A DNA stretch of 53,723 bases from NCBI GenBank assembly GCA_964432275.1, contig CAYSMH010000004.1, positions 1 through 53,723 on the forward strand, in the 5' to 3' direction. Every line of letters starts with the position of its first letter. Position 1 is the stretch's first letter. The notes beneath the pieces were generated by a model, which was given only the letters and a program-made list of their open reading frames with translations, ran no database searches and was not told where the DNA came from. The translations under genes and the position numbers were made by a program. The stretch comes from an uncultured Candidatus Saccharibacteria bacterium (GTDB taxonomy: Bacteria > Patescibacteriota > Minisyncoccia > Phycocordibacterales > UBA9973). Shown piece by piece: positions 41,201 through 51,453 of the stretch.

Positions 41201-43891
41201 ATGATGCCATCACTTAACCAATTCACGACCAAGGCCAAAGAGTCGATTAAGCGGGCTCATGAACTCGCAATCGAACGTGGTCAAAACAATGTTTCTACGC
41301 TGCACCTCCTCGCGGCGCTTTTGGTGCAGGAGGAGTCCAACGTCCTGACACTACTCGAGCGACTTGATGTCGACACTATATTGCTCACTGACTCGGTACT
41401 CGAACGTATCGAAGGAGGGGAGAATGCAACCACTGTTGCGCCCTCGTACCAGATGTTCCTCACCGCCGATCTCGCACAAGTGATCGAAGTGTCGCTCAAG
41501 GTTTCGAGTGAGATGAAAGATAACTTCGTCTCCACAGAACACCTCTTCGTAGCGCTCTTTGATGTAACCAATCAAGCAAGTGAACTACTTGGTCAGTTTA
41601 AAATAGATCGCAGCGCGCTCGTGCAAGCGATCCAAGAGTACCGCACCAACAAAAATACTGATACAGGATCCAATAAAAAGATGCGTATGCTCATGAAGTT
41701 TACCCGCAACCTCACGACACTCGCGCGTGAAGATAAGCTCGACCCTGTGATCGGACGAGACACTGAGATTATGCGTATTATGCAGATTCTCTCTCGTCGC
41801 ACCAAGAACAATCCGATACTGCTCGGAGAGCCTGGTACTGGTAAAACTGCGGTGGTAGAAGGTCTTGCGAACCGCATTGCAAAAGGTGATGTGTCAGAAA
41901 GTCTCAAAGATAAAGAAATTGTTTCTCTTGATCTTGGTGCACTGCTTGCAGGTACCAAGTACCGTGGTGAGTTTGAAGAGCGACTCAAAAATATTCTCAA
42001 GGAAATAGAACGTGCAGAAGGAAAGATTATCTTGTTCGTTGATGAAATACACACTCTAGTAGGCGCAGGTGGCGCAGAGGGTACTATGGATGCTGCCAAT
42101 ATGTTGAAGCCCGCACTTGCTCGAGGAGAACTTCGTGCGATCGGTGCGACCACGCTCAAGGAGTATCAAAAATATATTGAAAAAGATCCTGCACTCGCGC
42201 GACGGTTTCAGCCGGTATATGTCGAAGAGCCATCTCCAGAAGATGCAATCGCAATACTTCGCGGACTGAAGGAAAAGTATGAGCTCTATCATGGCGTACA
42301 CATCACCGACGATGCATTGGTTGCTGCGGTAACACTTTCGACCCGCTATATCACCAACAGGTTCTTGCCAGACAAGGCGATCGATTTGCTTGACGAAGCA
42401 TCATCAGCGCTTCGTATGACGCTCGAGAACAAACCAACTGTACTCGAAGAAGCACATCGCAAGATCATGCGACTGGAAATCGAACGTGAAGCATTGCGCA
42501 AAGATGTACAAGCTGGGGCAAAAGTTGCAAAAGAGCGTATCAAAGATATTGAAATAGAAATAGCCAATATCAATGAACGCACCAAGGAGCTTGAAATGAA
42601 ATGGAAACATGAGAAATCAACACTTGCAGATATCGGTAAGATCAAAAAAGATCTCGAAACACTGCGCATAGAAGCAGAGGGAGCAGAAGCTCGAGCAGAT
42701 CTCGGGCGCGCCGCTGAGATACGGTATGGTCATATTCCAATGCTCCAAAAAGAACTTGAAACCAAGTCTGCAAAACTCAAGAAGCTTCAAAAAACTCGTC
42801 GCGTCCTTAAAGAAGAGATCACTGAAGAAGATATTGCAGAAGTTGTCGCACGATGGACAGGGGTACCACTTATGAAAATGCTCGAAGAAGAGCGTGAGAA
42901 ACTTGCACATATGGAAAAAGAGCTCCATCGACGAGTGGTGGGACAAGACGAAGCAATCGAAAAGATTGCAAACGTAATCCGTCGCAATCGCGCAGGTATC
43001 GGGGATCCCAATCGTCCGATCGGTTCATTCCTCTTTCTTGGTCCTACTGGTGTGGGCAAGACCGAGCTCACCAAGACACTTGCAGAATGTTTGTTCAATG
43101 ATGAAAAAGCACTCATCAGAGTAGATATGAGTGAGTACATGGAGCGGCATAGTGTATCGAAACTGATCGGTAGTCCACCAGGCTATGTCGGCTACGATGA
43201 AGCAGGGCAGCTCACTGAGAGTGTTCGACATCGACCATATTCAGTTGTACTGTTTGATGAAGTAGAAAAGGCACACCCAGAAGTGTTTAATGTCCTGCTC
43301 CAGGTACTTGATGAAGGGCACTTGCGTGATGCCAAGGGGCGACTTGTGAACTTCAAAAACACGGTCATCGTGATGACAAGTAACATAGGTAGTCAATTTA
43401 TCGAAAAGATGGAAACAATCGGTTTCCATAATCACGATGAAGCAGGTGAGTACACCCATATGAAAGAAAAAGTGGAAGGAGCGCTCAAGGACTACTTCCG
43501 ACCAGAGTTCCTCAACCGTATTGACGAAATCGTGGTGTTTGATATTCTGTCGCAGACAGCTATCAAAGAAATCGTCAAACTTCGTACCGACATTGTACTT
43601 GCGCGCCTTATGGCCAAGGGTATCACTGTCGAGATAGGAGATGACGTGCTTTCATATCTGGCTCGTGTCGGGTATAATCCGCACTACGGGGCACGACCCC
43701 TGAACCGTTTGATTCAGACCAAAATCTTGAATCCGGTTGCAACTCGCATCATCGCTCGTACAATCGAGGAAGGTGATCGGGTTAGTGTTTCAATGAAAGA
43801 TGCTGATGAAGTTCTCATAAGTGTCCAACATACTAAAAAGAAACGCACAAGTTCTTTTCCACGTTCTAGTAAAGAAGCACACGCTTCGTAG
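41201..43891 (+). CDS. clpB: ATP-dependent chaperone ClpB
   Basis: Clp N-domain, two AAA+ modules (GEPGTGKT and GPTGVGKT Walker A) and a long middle coiled-coil. Confidence 0.95.
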   Translation: MMPSLNQFTTKAKESIKRAHELAIERGQNNVSTLHLLAALLVQEESNVLTLLERLDVDTILLTDSVLERIEGGENATTVAPSYQMFLTADLAQVIEVSLKVSSEMKDNFVSTEHLFVALFDVTNQASELLGQFKIDRSALVQAIQEYRTNKNTDTGSNKKMRMLMKFTRNLTTLAREDKLDPVIGRDTEIMRIMQILSRRTKNNPILLGEPGTGKTAVVEGLANRIAKGDVSESLKDKEIVSLDLGALLAGTKYRGEFEERLKNILKEIERAEGKIILFVDEIHTLVGAGGAEGTMDAANMLKPALARGELRAIGATTLKEYQKYIEKDPALARRFQPVYVEEPSPEDAIAILRGLKEKYELYHGVHITDDALVAAVTLSTRYITNRFLPDKAIDLLDEASSALRMTLENKPTVLEEAHRKIMRLEIEREALRKDVQAGAKVAKERIKDIEIEIANINERTKELEMKWKHEKSTLADIGKIKKDLETLRIEAEGAEARADLGRAAEIRYGHIPMLQKELETKSAKLKKLQKTRRVLKEEITEEDIAEVVARWTGVPLMKMLEEEREKLAHMEKELHRRVVGQDEAIEKIANVIRRNRAGIGDPNRPIGSFLFLGPTGVGKTELTKTLAECLFNDEKALIRVDMSEYMERHSVSKLIGSPPGYVGYDEAGQLTESVRHRPYSVVLFDEVEKAHPEVFNVLLQVLDEGHLRDAKGRLVNFKNTVIVMTSNIGSQFIEKMETIGFHNHDEAGEYTHMKEKVEGALKDYFRPEFLNRIDEIVVFDILSQTAIKEIVKLRTDIVLARLMAKGITVEIGDDVLSYLARVGYNPHYGARPLNRLIQTKILNPVATRIIARTIEEGDRVSVSMKDADEVLISVQHTKKKRTSSFPRSSKEAHAS

Positions 43892-43919
43892 AACGACACC
43901 TCCCTATGTTGGGAGGCAC

Positions 43920-44002
43920 GCGTCGGTGGTAGAGTGGTCAATTACATCAGACTGTAAATCTGACGCCTTCGGGCTACGCAGGTTCAAATCCTGCCCGGCG
44001 CA
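43920..44002 (+). tRNA. tRNA-Tyr (GTA)
   Basis: Acceptor GCGTCGG/CCGGCGC, anticodon loop CTGTAAA, long variable arm, T-arm GCAGG-TTCAAAT-CCTGC. Confidence 0.88.
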
Positions 44003-44112
44003 CAAAAATATTTTACCAAAAAACATCCCACAGGATGTTTTTTGGTGTGTAGGGTATGTTGTCATTTCTTGACTTATGTGGTTATATCAGATCAAATCAA
44101 AAACATTTAACA

Positions 44113-44883
44113 ATGAAAAAACTTGGAACCTACATTGGTATCTGTGACTTTATGTCGCAACAAGAAGTATTTGCAATGCTTGATGCATTCAAAAATTACA
44201 AACACTACGGTATTAAGCTTATGATCGGTACAATGACAAGTTTCAAGGTACTAAATAAGCAGGAAACAAAATGGACTGACATATTTCCAAAGGTGGAAGC
44301 ATTGAAATACATATTCAGTGCCAAAAGTGATTACGCCATAAACTGTATTCACTATGCCGACTATGGCAAAAACCCGGGCTTAGCAGAAACACTACGGCAA
44401 GTGGTTGTATATTGTGGTCCTGGTCTGGATGCGATTCAATTAGATATGATATGGCCTGACCCAAAAGAGCTTGAAAAGTTTCAAGGGTTTCATCAAATAC
44501 CGATTGTTTTACAGGTTAGTCAAAAATCAATGGAACAGTGTGATAACAATCCTGTTGTTGTTGCAGAAAAGATTAGGCGTGAGTACGGTGGTCTTATTTC
44601 ACATGTATTGTTTGATTGTAGTATGGGTAAAGGTATACCGATTGATGTTTCAAATATTGTTCAGTATATTGAAGCCATGAAAAGTTACACATCAGGTATA
44701 GACATTGCAGTTGCTGGTGGTCTCGGGCCTGGTACAGTGTACGATGTCGAGCAATTGATCAAGCAGTATGGCGTTAGTATTGATGCTCAATCAAAATTAC
44801 GTACCAGTGGAAACAACGAAGATCCTATTGATTGGGACCTTGCCAAACAATATGTAAATGATGCGATGGCATGCTATCTGTAG
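44113..44883 (+). CDS. TIM-barrel protein resembling phosphoribosylanthranilate isomerase (TrpF-like), orphan
   Basis: GICDF.. start, LFDCSMGKGIPID, IAVAGGLGPGTV and VSIDAQSKLRT..DPIDWDLAKQYV echo PRAI-family motifs. AT-rich. Start moved to MKKLGTY. Confidence 0.45.
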   Translation: MKKLGTYIGICDFMSQQEVFAMLDAFKNYKHYGIKLMIGTMTSFKVLNKQETKWTDIFPKVEALKYIFSAKSDYAINCIHYADYGKNPGLAETLRQVVVYCGPGLDAIQLDMIWPDPKELEKFQGFHQIPIVLQVSQKSMEQCDNNPVVVAEKIRREYGGLISHVLFDCSMGKGIPIDVSNIVQYIEAMKSYTSGIDIAVAGGLGPGTVYDVEQLIKQYGVSIDAQSKLRTSGNNEDPIDWDLAKQYVNDAMACYL

Positions 44884-44953
44884 TACAAAGCTTATAAGTC
44901 CCCTTTATGGAGGGGGCTTTTTAAATACTTGATTGGTGATAGTATGTGAGTAT

Positions 44954-45691
44954 ATGAAAGAAGACAAAATATATCTCTATGGCAAGCACGCACTTCGTGA
45001 GGCGCTGGTGGCACGTCCGGCTGCGGTGTCCAAGGTATTTCTTGATGCTAATGCTGCACATGATCCTGAGATCATCGAGCTTTTGAAAAAGGTAGGGATC
45101 ACCCCAAGCGCAATGAAAGGAGGAGATGCCGCACAGAAAGTGGGAGGTGATGCTGTACACCAAGGCGTGATCGCAGTGATCAACCCCGAGAAACTCTACA
45201 TCTCGCTCGACGATATGCTCGCACGTGTCGATATGAGCACCAACCCATGCTTTGTACTACTCGACGAGCTCCATGATCCACACAATGTCGGTGCGATCAT
45301 TCGTAGTGCTGCAGCATTTGGTGCAAGTGCCGTGCTCATGCCTGAACACAACCAGTCTCCGGTCACCGGCACGGTGATCAAGACATCTGCAGGAATGGCA
45401 TTTCGTATACCGATCGTACGCATAGGCAATGTGAACCAGACGATCCGCACACTCAAAGACTCTGGTATGTGGGTCTACGGACTCGTGATGGACGGCACTA
45501 CACCACTGGCACAAGCACAGTTTGATACGCCGACACTGATCGTGGTGGGTAACGAGTCTACTGGTATTCGTGAAAAAACACTTGAGCTCTGCGACGTAAC
45601 ACTCACCATACCTATGAAGCCTGAATGCGAGTCACTGAACGCATCTGTTGCTGCATCGGTCGTGATGTACGAGTGGTGGCGGGTAAAATAA
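44954..45691 (+). CDS. rlmB: SpoU/TrmH-family RNA 2'-O-methyltransferase (RlmB-like)
   Basis: LYGKHALREAL N-domain, HDPHNVGAIIRSAAAFG, LIVVGNESTGIR, IPM..ESLNASVAASVVMYE. Confidence 0.75.
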   Translation: MKEDKIYLYGKHALREALVARPAAVSKVFLDANAAHDPEIIELLKKVGITPSAMKGGDAAQKVGGDAVHQGVIAVINPEKLYISLDDMLARVDMSTNPCFVLLDELHDPHNVGAIIRSAAAFGASAVLMPEHNQSPVTGTVIKTSAGMAFRIPIVRIGNVNQTIRTLKDSGMWVYGLVMDGTTPLAQAQFDTPTLIVVGNESTGIREKTLELCDVTLTIPMKPECESLNASVAASVVMYEWWRVK

Positions 45692-45856
45692 ATATCCGGC
45701 ATCTCTGCTGGATGTAAATTTAATGGAAATCTATCCCATCTCTTCCTGATAGATATTTTAGACTGATGATTACATACTTTTCATATGATAATTTTTCTCA
45801 ACCCTATAGTAAACACAGTCTTTGTCAACAATGTCTTTTCTTGCTAGGATAGGGCA

Positions 45857-47278
45857 ATGGAATCATCTCAAAAAGTAGTCACTCGCTTTGCACCGAGTCC
45901 GACAGGGTTTGTACATATAGGAGGTATACGTACTGCACTCTATGCGTATCTCTTGGCACGTAAACACGCAGGCACATTTATTCTTCGTATTGAAGATACG
46001 GATCAAGGACGTGTTGTAGAAGGATCGCTTGAACACATTCAAGAATCTCTCAGGTGGCTAGGACTCGAGTGGGATTTTGGTCCCGACAAACCTGGATTAT
46101 TTGGGTCATGTATTCAATCAGAACGTCTCGATACATATTTACCATTTGCGCAGAAACTTATTGAAAAAGGTCTCGCGTACCCTGATCCGTATACTCCAGA
46201 AGAAGTCGAAGCATTTCGACAAAAGGCTCAAGAAGAAAAGAGACCATTTCTATACCGTGATCACCGCCCAGAAACATTTGGTGTTTGGGATGGTAAGACA
46301 GCACTCCGATACAAGGTCCCAGAGCTCAAACGATATGAATGGTTTGATGAAGCACGAGGCAAGCTTTCTGCAGGACCGGAAGCGCTCGACGATATCATCA
46401 TCATAAAAGCCGATGGATTTCCAGTATACGCGCTTGCACACATTGCCGATGACTACAACATGGGTGTAACGCATATCCTTCGCTCAGATGAGTGGATCTC
46501 GAGCGTTCCGCGCTTTATGAGTCTCTATGAATCACTTGAGGTGGCACCTCCAATACAAGCAACACTCCCGCCAATCTTGCGCGATGATCGTACTAAAAAG
46601 CTTGGTAAACGTGACGGTGCAAAAGATGTACTTGATTATAAAAAAGAAGGGTATCTTCCAAGTGCACTGCTCAACTATCTCGCGCTCATTGGGTGGAATC
46701 CCGGCACCGAACAAGAATTGTTTACACTAGAAGAATTGATACAAGCGTTCTCTATTGATCGTATCCAAAAGGCAGGTGCAGCGTTTAATGAAGAAAAACT
46801 TCAATGGTTTAATCGTGAGCATATGAAAAAATTATCAAGTGAAGATTTTTGGACACACGCACAGTCATGGATCCCAACAGGTCTTGATGTGGCTATGTTG
46901 AAGAAAATCGAACATTTGATTCGTGATCGCAGTAGCACATTTGGTGATATCAAGGCATTATTTGATGCAGGTGAATTGGAGTATTTCTTCAAAGATCCAA
47001 TGGTAGATGAGACCATGCTCGTATGGAAGCAAGACACACCTGAGAATGCAAAAACTCATATTGCAAAAGCAAAAGAACTGCTTAGTAATATTTCTGAAAG
47101 TGATTGGAATAGTGAAAAACTAAAACAAGTACTAATGTCATATGCAGAGCAGGTCGGTAAAGGCAATGTGTTATGGCCCGTGCGCGTTGCATTGTCAGGT
47201 AAAGAGAAATCCCCCGATCCATTTGAAATCGCACAGATCATAGGAAAAGAAGAAACACTCAAACGACTATCAATGTAG
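45857..47278 (+). CDS. gltX: Glutamate--tRNA ligase
   Basis: RFAPSPTGFVHIGG (HIGH region) and KLGKRDG (KMSKS-like). Confidence 0.93.
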   Translation: MESSQKVVTRFAPSPTGFVHIGGIRTALYAYLLARKHAGTFILRIEDTDQGRVVEGSLEHIQESLRWLGLEWDFGPDKPGLFGSCIQSERLDTYLPFAQKLIEKGLAYPDPYTPEEVEAFRQKAQEEKRPFLYRDHRPETFGVWDGKTALRYKVPELKRYEWFDEARGKLSAGPEALDDIIIIKADGFPVYALAHIADDYNMGVTHILRSDEWISSVPRFMSLYESLEVAPPIQATLPPILRDDRTKKLGKRDGAKDVLDYKKEGYLPSALLNYLALIGWNPGTEQELFTLEELIQAFSIDRIQKAGAAFNEEKLQWFNREHMKKLSSEDFWTHAQSWIPTGLDVAMLKKIEHLIRDRSSTFGDIKALFDAGELEYFFKDPMVDETMLVWKQDTPENAKTHIAKAKELLSNISESDWNSEKLKQVLMSYAEQVGKGNVLWPVRVALSGKEKSPDPFEIAQIIGKEETLKRLSM

Positions 47279-47285
47279 AAGAAAC

Positions 47286-47313
47286 ACAAATTCCCTCGTG
47301 AGAGGGAATTTGT
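47286..47313 (+). terminator. Hairpin after gltX (weak T-tail)
   Basis: 12-bp perfect stem ACAAATTCCCTC/GAGGGAATTTGT. Confidence 0.5.
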
Positions 47314-47547
47314 ATCGTTGAGAGCCATGTCGATGTATCATCAGAACCTTCATCAGAATCAATGGTATGTACAAATGTACATACTGTTCTGATAGACCTA
47401 TAGTATATCAAACCTTTTTTTATTTCGTAAACCCAACTATCCACAGAGTTGACCGGACAGATATTCCTGTGGTGGTATTGAATACCAAAGAGCAAAAGTA
47501 TGAGAATACGTATATACTATACGCATTAGTAATCAATACAGATAGTT

Positions 47548-47910
47548 ATGCAGATTTTATTTTTAATCGGACGAATACTTCTTGGGGGATACTTCCTCTA
47601 CAATGGCATTGGACATTTCAAAGGATTGACTGGGATGACTGGGTACGCAAAGAGTAAGGGTGTACCACTTGCGAGAGCTGCGGTTATCGTCACCGGTGTT
47701 ATGCTCACACTCGGTGGTCTCACAATCATTGCCAACAGATATGCGATACTCGGAATGATACTTTTGGTAGTATGTTTGATTCCTACTACATTCATGATGC
47801 ACCGTTTTTGGAAAGAGTCCGATCCTATGGTTCGCATGGGCGAAAAGATCAACTTCACCAAAAACCTCGCACTCATCGGTGCACTGATCTTGCTTGTATC
47901 TATCGGATAA
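47548..47910 (+). CDS. DoxX family membrane protein
   Basis: LIGRILLGGYFLYNGIGHF start and four TM helices. Confidence 0.75.
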   Translation: MQILFLIGRILLGGYFLYNGIGHFKGLTGMTGYAKSKGVPLARAAVIVTGVMLTLGGLTIIANRYAILGMILLVVCLIPTTFMMHRFWKESDPMVRMGEKINFTKNLALIGALILLVSIG

Positions 47911-48085
47911 GTAAGTCGCTGCCGTTGACGGTAGCTGAAAAAGTGTGTATAGTGGTCCTGAAAAATATTGTATATGCTTAAATATAATAACCTTCACGAT
48001 CGTCTGACAAAGATACTCATTGTGATTTTCTTGGTGCTTGGACTCATTATTTCATGTAACTATACACGTAAGAAAATAAAACAAG

Positions 48086-48120
48086 AACGTGCCCAACTGT
48101 TGGGCACGTTTTTTATTTTT
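48086..48120. terminator. Terminator
   Basis: 11-bp stem AACGTGCCCAA/TTGGGCACGTT plus a T-run, just downstream of the minus-strand gene at 48113-48577. Confidence 0.7.
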
Positions 48121-48577
48121 TCTTCAAAGTTTCTATTTCTTGGTAGAGCTTGCTGAGTGTTTCTTGGATACTGTCGAGTGTCTGTGCTTCTTTTTTCTCG
48201 AGCTTACGATCTTCTTTGTAGTCTTTTTCATGTTCTTCTTCGATGTCCTCGATATCTTCCTGGATCTCTTCGACATCCTCAGCAATATCCTCAATTTCTT
48301 CTTGGATATCTTCCACATCCTCAGCGATGTCTTCAATGTCGGCAGTATTTTTGTTCACTGACATTTGGATAAATATAGAAAGATAAATCGCCTCGAGAGA
48401 GACGATAGTGGTGAGCACGAGCAGTACTCGTTCAAACGGGATGCCAAATGCGGGGAGGATAAATGCCGACACAAACAGTATCGTGTGCGTAATCAATGAC
48501 GGCATTGATCCTATCCATTTGGTCGCGCGAGCCGCACCTTGCTCGAGTTTCAGTTTGTTTTTAGTAGATAGTGCCAT
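48113..48577 (-). CDS. DUF1003-like two-TM protein with an acidic repeat tail
   Basis: ITHTILFVSAFILPAFGIPFERVLLVLTTIVSLEAIYLSIFIQMS core, then EDIAEDVEDIQEEIEDIAEDVEEIQEDIEDIEEE. Confidence 0.6.
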   Translation of the reverse strand: MALSTKNKLKLEQGAARATKWIGSMPSLITHTILFVSAFILPAFGIPFERVLLVLTTIVSLEAIYLSIFIQMSVNKNTADIEDIAEDVEDIQEEIEDIAEDVEEIQEDIEDIEEEHEKDYKEDRKLEKKEAQTLDSIQETLSKLYQEIETLKKK

Positions 48578-48662
48578 GATGTATATGTTGTACCATGGCA
48601 GCTATAGACAGGGCAACCGGAGGGTTGCAAAAAATACCCCCTCGTGATACAGTTTTCCCACT

Positions 48663-48824
48663 ATGGCGTCACAAGAAAATCTCGTAAAACTCGTAAACAA
48701 GGAAACCGGGGAAACATACTGGTCTACAAAGAACCGTAAGAAGCTCGCTGATGTGAAGCTCAAAATGAACAAGTACTCAAAGAAGCTCCGCAAGGTCATC
48801 GAGTTCAAGGAATCAAAGAAATAA
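48663..48824 (+). CDS. rpmG: 50S ribosomal protein L33 (Cys-less form; below the track cutoff)
   Basis: MASQENLVKLVNKETGETYWSTKNRKKLADVKLKMNKYSKKLRKVIEFKESKK matches the L33 pattern (Y.T.KN.....kl.l.KY....rk...fkE.K). Confidence 0.8.
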   Translation: MASQENLVKLVNKETGETYWSTKNRKKLADVKLKMNKYSKKLRKVIEFKESKK

Positions 48825-48884
48825 TCAAAGTAGCCCAATCAGGGCTATTTTGCTATAGTGGGGAAGTTAAAATAGGGAAATAAA

Positions 48885-48955
48885 GGGCGATTAGTTTAGT
48901 GGTAGAACGAAGGTCTCCAAAACCTTTGGTGAGGGTTCGATTCCTTCATCGCCCG
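48885..48955 (+). tRNA. tRNA-Trp (CCA)
   Basis: Acceptor GGGCGAT/ATCGCCC, anticodon loop CTCCAAA, T-loop TTCGATT. Confidence 0.88.
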
Positions 48956-48969
48956 CAACGGTATATGCA

Positions 48970-49986
48970 TTATTGGAAAGTGCAGATAAAAATCTTTGGA
49001 TAAAGATATGCACCAATAGATGTAGGTAGCTTGAGATCAATTGTTTGAGTAATATTAAATTTTGACTTGTTTAGTATTTCTTCCAGAACAGTATATTCAG
49101 AAGTATACATGATCAATACCCCGTTTGGTTCCAAGGTTTCTTCACAGTAGTGTATGAATGACTGATACAGTTTCCCTAAATCTTCACCTTTGGAAACCTG
49201 CATGCCGAATGGTAGATCAGATGTGACTACGTCAAATTTTCCAAGATCGGGCTTCTTGAATATGTCGGCAGTCTTGAGATGAATCTTTTTTATGAATCCT
49301 GCTTTCTTGATGTTGGTAACTGCGAGCGCATTAGATTTGCCATCGATATCAAAGCCAAATAGCTTGAGATCAGGATTCGAGATTGCTGCTTCAATCAAAA
49401 GCGTGGCGCTGCCCGAAAAAATATTGAGGTACGATGTTTTGGTATCTAGCTTACAAAAAGTATTCATCGCATAGGCAATAGTAGGATTGAGACCCCCTTT
49501 GATATTGGCGACTTTGTACATACGCAAAGAAAGCGGACGGGGGGTGAGGCGAACGCCGACTTCCCAGATATCCGCTACCTTACCAATAGACACTTCGAGG
49601 TCTGCATCTTCTGCGACAGTGACCTTGAATGTCTCTGCAATAAATCGCTGGATCGCTTTAACTTCTTTTGATTGAGTGCCCGCACAACTCAATTTGTATG
49701 ATTTGAACGAGGTAGTATTTACTCGTAACACTGTATCAATTATACCGCCTAGTATCGCTTTATGTTTCGATATGAAGTGAGGGTTGAGCTCTGCCTCGCG
49801 TCTAGTAATGTACACATTGGTAACACTTCGAAGATTCATGAGAGACTGCAGATCATAGATGGGGCGTAGGTAAATAGCCTCGAGGTTCTGTTCTACGACT
49901 TGTAGATCTGGGTACGACGCAAGTTCGTTCAAGACTATTTGGTTGAGTCCAGGGACAAAGGTAAGTTTTATGACGTCATAATCCAT
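48970..49986 (-). CDS. SAM-dependent RNA methyltransferase, probably THUMP-domain N2-guanine type
   Basis: N-terminal THUMP-like region, IFSGSATLLIEA (motif I-like) and VVTSDLPFG (DPPY-type motif IV). Confidence 0.55.
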   Translation of the reverse strand: MDYDVIKLTFVPGLNQIVLNELASYPDLQVVEQNLEAIYLRPIYDLQSLMNLRSVTNVYITRREAELNPHFISKHKAILGGIIDTVLRVNTTSFKSYKLSCAGTQSKEVKAIQRFIAETFKVTVAEDADLEVSIGKVADIWEVGVRLTPRPLSLRMYKVANIKGGLNPTIAYAMNTFCKLDTKTSYLNIFSGSATLLIEAAISNPDLKLFGFDIDGKSNALAVTNIKKAGFIKKIHLKTADIFKKPDLGKFDVVTSDLPFGMQVSKGEDLGKLYQSFIHYCEETLEPNGVLIMYTSEYTVLEEILNKSKFNITQTIDLKLPTSIGAYLYPKIFICTFQ

Positions 49987-50003
49987 AGTTGCCTCATACT
50001 AGC

Positions 50004-50834
50004 TTATTTTGCATATTTCTTAAACCAGGTGCGCTGCCGCTTCGCATAGTGCCATATTGCCATTTCGAGTTGCGCGAGCATGTCTTGTTTTGAAATTTTG
50101 TTTTGGAGATAGAGCGCGAGGTAGCGGTACTCGAGCCCGAGAGCTTCGAGCCGTTTCCATGACATACCTTGGTCGTGAAGCCGCTCCACTTCTGCAACCA
50201 TTCCTGTTTTCATACGTTTGAGTAGTCGGTCATGAATACGCTTTTTGAGGATATCATCAGCAAAATCCAGATAGTGCCACTCGATGTCGTACTGTTTGTT
50301 TTGTTTGAGAAGGGGAACTGCGCCGAGCTCTGTTGCGATCTCTATGGCACGAATGAGACGAACTTTGTTTTGCTTGTCGATCAGAGTGTATCGTCGAGGG
50401 TCGAGTTTCTCTAGTTGTTTCGATAGTGCTTCAATGCTTTTCTTTTCTAATGTTGCACGAAGTTTTTTATTGGGCTTCACACTTGGAAATACGGTGTCGC
50501 AAATGATCGCGTCGATATAGAACCCTGTTCCTCCACATACGATCGGCGTTTTCCCTTTTTCTAAAATGGTTTTGATAGCGTTGCGTGCGAGTTTCTGATA
50601 CTGCGTCACGGTAAATGCGCGCTTGGGATTTGCAACATCGAGGAGGTGGTGGGGAACACCTTTCATTTCTTTTTTAGTTATTTTGCCACTTCCAATATCA
50701 AGCCCTGTATACACCTGACGTGAGTCGGCAGAAATAACCTCACCGTTTATTTTCTGTGCAAGAGCTACCGCAAAGTCAGATTTGCCAGTGGCGGTGGGTC
50801 CGCAGACGACGATTATTGTTTGCGTTGTATTCAT
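50004..50834 (-). CDS. miaA: tRNA dimethylallyltransferase
   Basis: VVCGPTATGKS P-loop, SADSRQVY, PHHLLD, VCGGTGFYI. Confidence 0.9.
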   Translation of the reverse strand: MNTTQTIIVVCGPTATGKSDFAVALAQKINGEVISADSRQVYTGLDIGSGKITKKEMKGVPHHLLDVANPKRAFTVTQYQKLARNAIKTILEKGKTPIVCGGTGFYIDAIICDTVFPSVKPNKKLRATLEKKSIEALSKQLEKLDPRRYTLIDKQNKVRLIRAIEIATELGAVPLLKQNKQYDIEWHYLDFADDILKKRIHDRLLKRMKTGMVAEVERLHDQGMSWKRLEALGLEYRYLALYLQNKISKQDMLAQLEMAIWHYAKRQRTWFKKYAK

Positions 50835-50835
50835 T

Positions 50836-50920
50836 TGGTGCCCGAAGAGAGACTTGAACTCTCACACCTTGCGGCATACGCACCTGAAGCGTACGTGTCT
50901 ACCAATTCCACCATTCGGGC
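50836..50920 (-). tRNA. tRNA-Leu (CAG)
   Basis: Acceptor GCCCGAA/TTCGGGC, anticodon loop TTCAGGT, long variable arm; CCA is encoded. Confidence 0.88.
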
Positions 50921-50933
50921 ATATTTTTCTGTG

Positions 50934-51016
50934 TGCCGGAAGAGAGACTTGAACTCTCAAGGGATTGCTCCCGGTCGATTTTGAGTCGACTGCGTCTACC
51001 ATTCCGCCATTCCGGC
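50934..51016 (-). tRNA. tRNA-Leu (CAA)
   Basis: Acceptor GCCGGAA/TTCCGGC, anticodon loop CTCAAAA, long variable arm. Confidence 0.88.
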
Positions 51017-51388
51017 AATACCCCTTATCTTACAGGGTTTTTTCACCTTTACAAGAGAGAAATAGGAAAATGCTTGACAAATTTTGTAAAGGGTGTATAC
51101 TATCTTCAAGAACTTTAAAACAATATTGTAAACGCTAAAACTCATCAATGATGAAAAAGCAAAAACAAACGCATGACTCTCCGCAGACGAGAGTAAAAAA
51201 CAAACTTTCTGTGATAAATTTTATGCTCAATTCAACCGGCAACAGCACTGCCCATAACCGGCGATCCGCAGGAGATAAATAAAAAGCAGGCTGCCTGGTA
51301 TGATTGTGGCTGAGAGAGATGTCGTGCAGAATGATTTCTATAGCCGCAAAAAACCGCCCCGGCGTGATCCGGTTTCAAGAAGTAAACG

Positions 51389-51424
51389 AGCCCCGATAAA
51401 AATTAATCGGGGCTTATTTTATTT
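51389..51424 (+). terminator. Terminator hairpin in the tRNA-parB intergenic region
   Basis: 9-bp stem AGCCCCGAT/ATCGGGGCT, 8-nt loop, T-rich tail. Confidence 0.65.
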
Positions 51425-51453
51425 CTAAAAATGTTCCATGCTATTATATCCGT

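Noticed and set aside
41593-42159. Long antisense or alternative-frame ORFs inside conserved genes (for example 41593-42159, 17175-17669, 27622-28182, 31308-32174, 37413-38507, 52645-53286)
   Set aside because: These are shadow ORFs within well-supported genes (clpB, pyk, gyrA, a pilin gene, infB, rsh). Their composition is Ser/Arg/Pro-rich or otherwise low-complexity, as is typical of non-coding frames.
47968-48156. 62-aa ORF between doxX and the DUF1003-like gene
   Set aside because: It reads straight through the 11-bp-stem terminator and into the opposite gene. Only the first ~35 codons (a lipobox-like LIISC) could be real, and that is not supported.
51121-51453. tmRNA or SRP RNA in the tRNA-parB gap
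   Set aside because: There is no tRNA-like acceptor/T-arm end, no plausible alanine-terminated tag frame, and no GGAA/AGCA domain IV motif.
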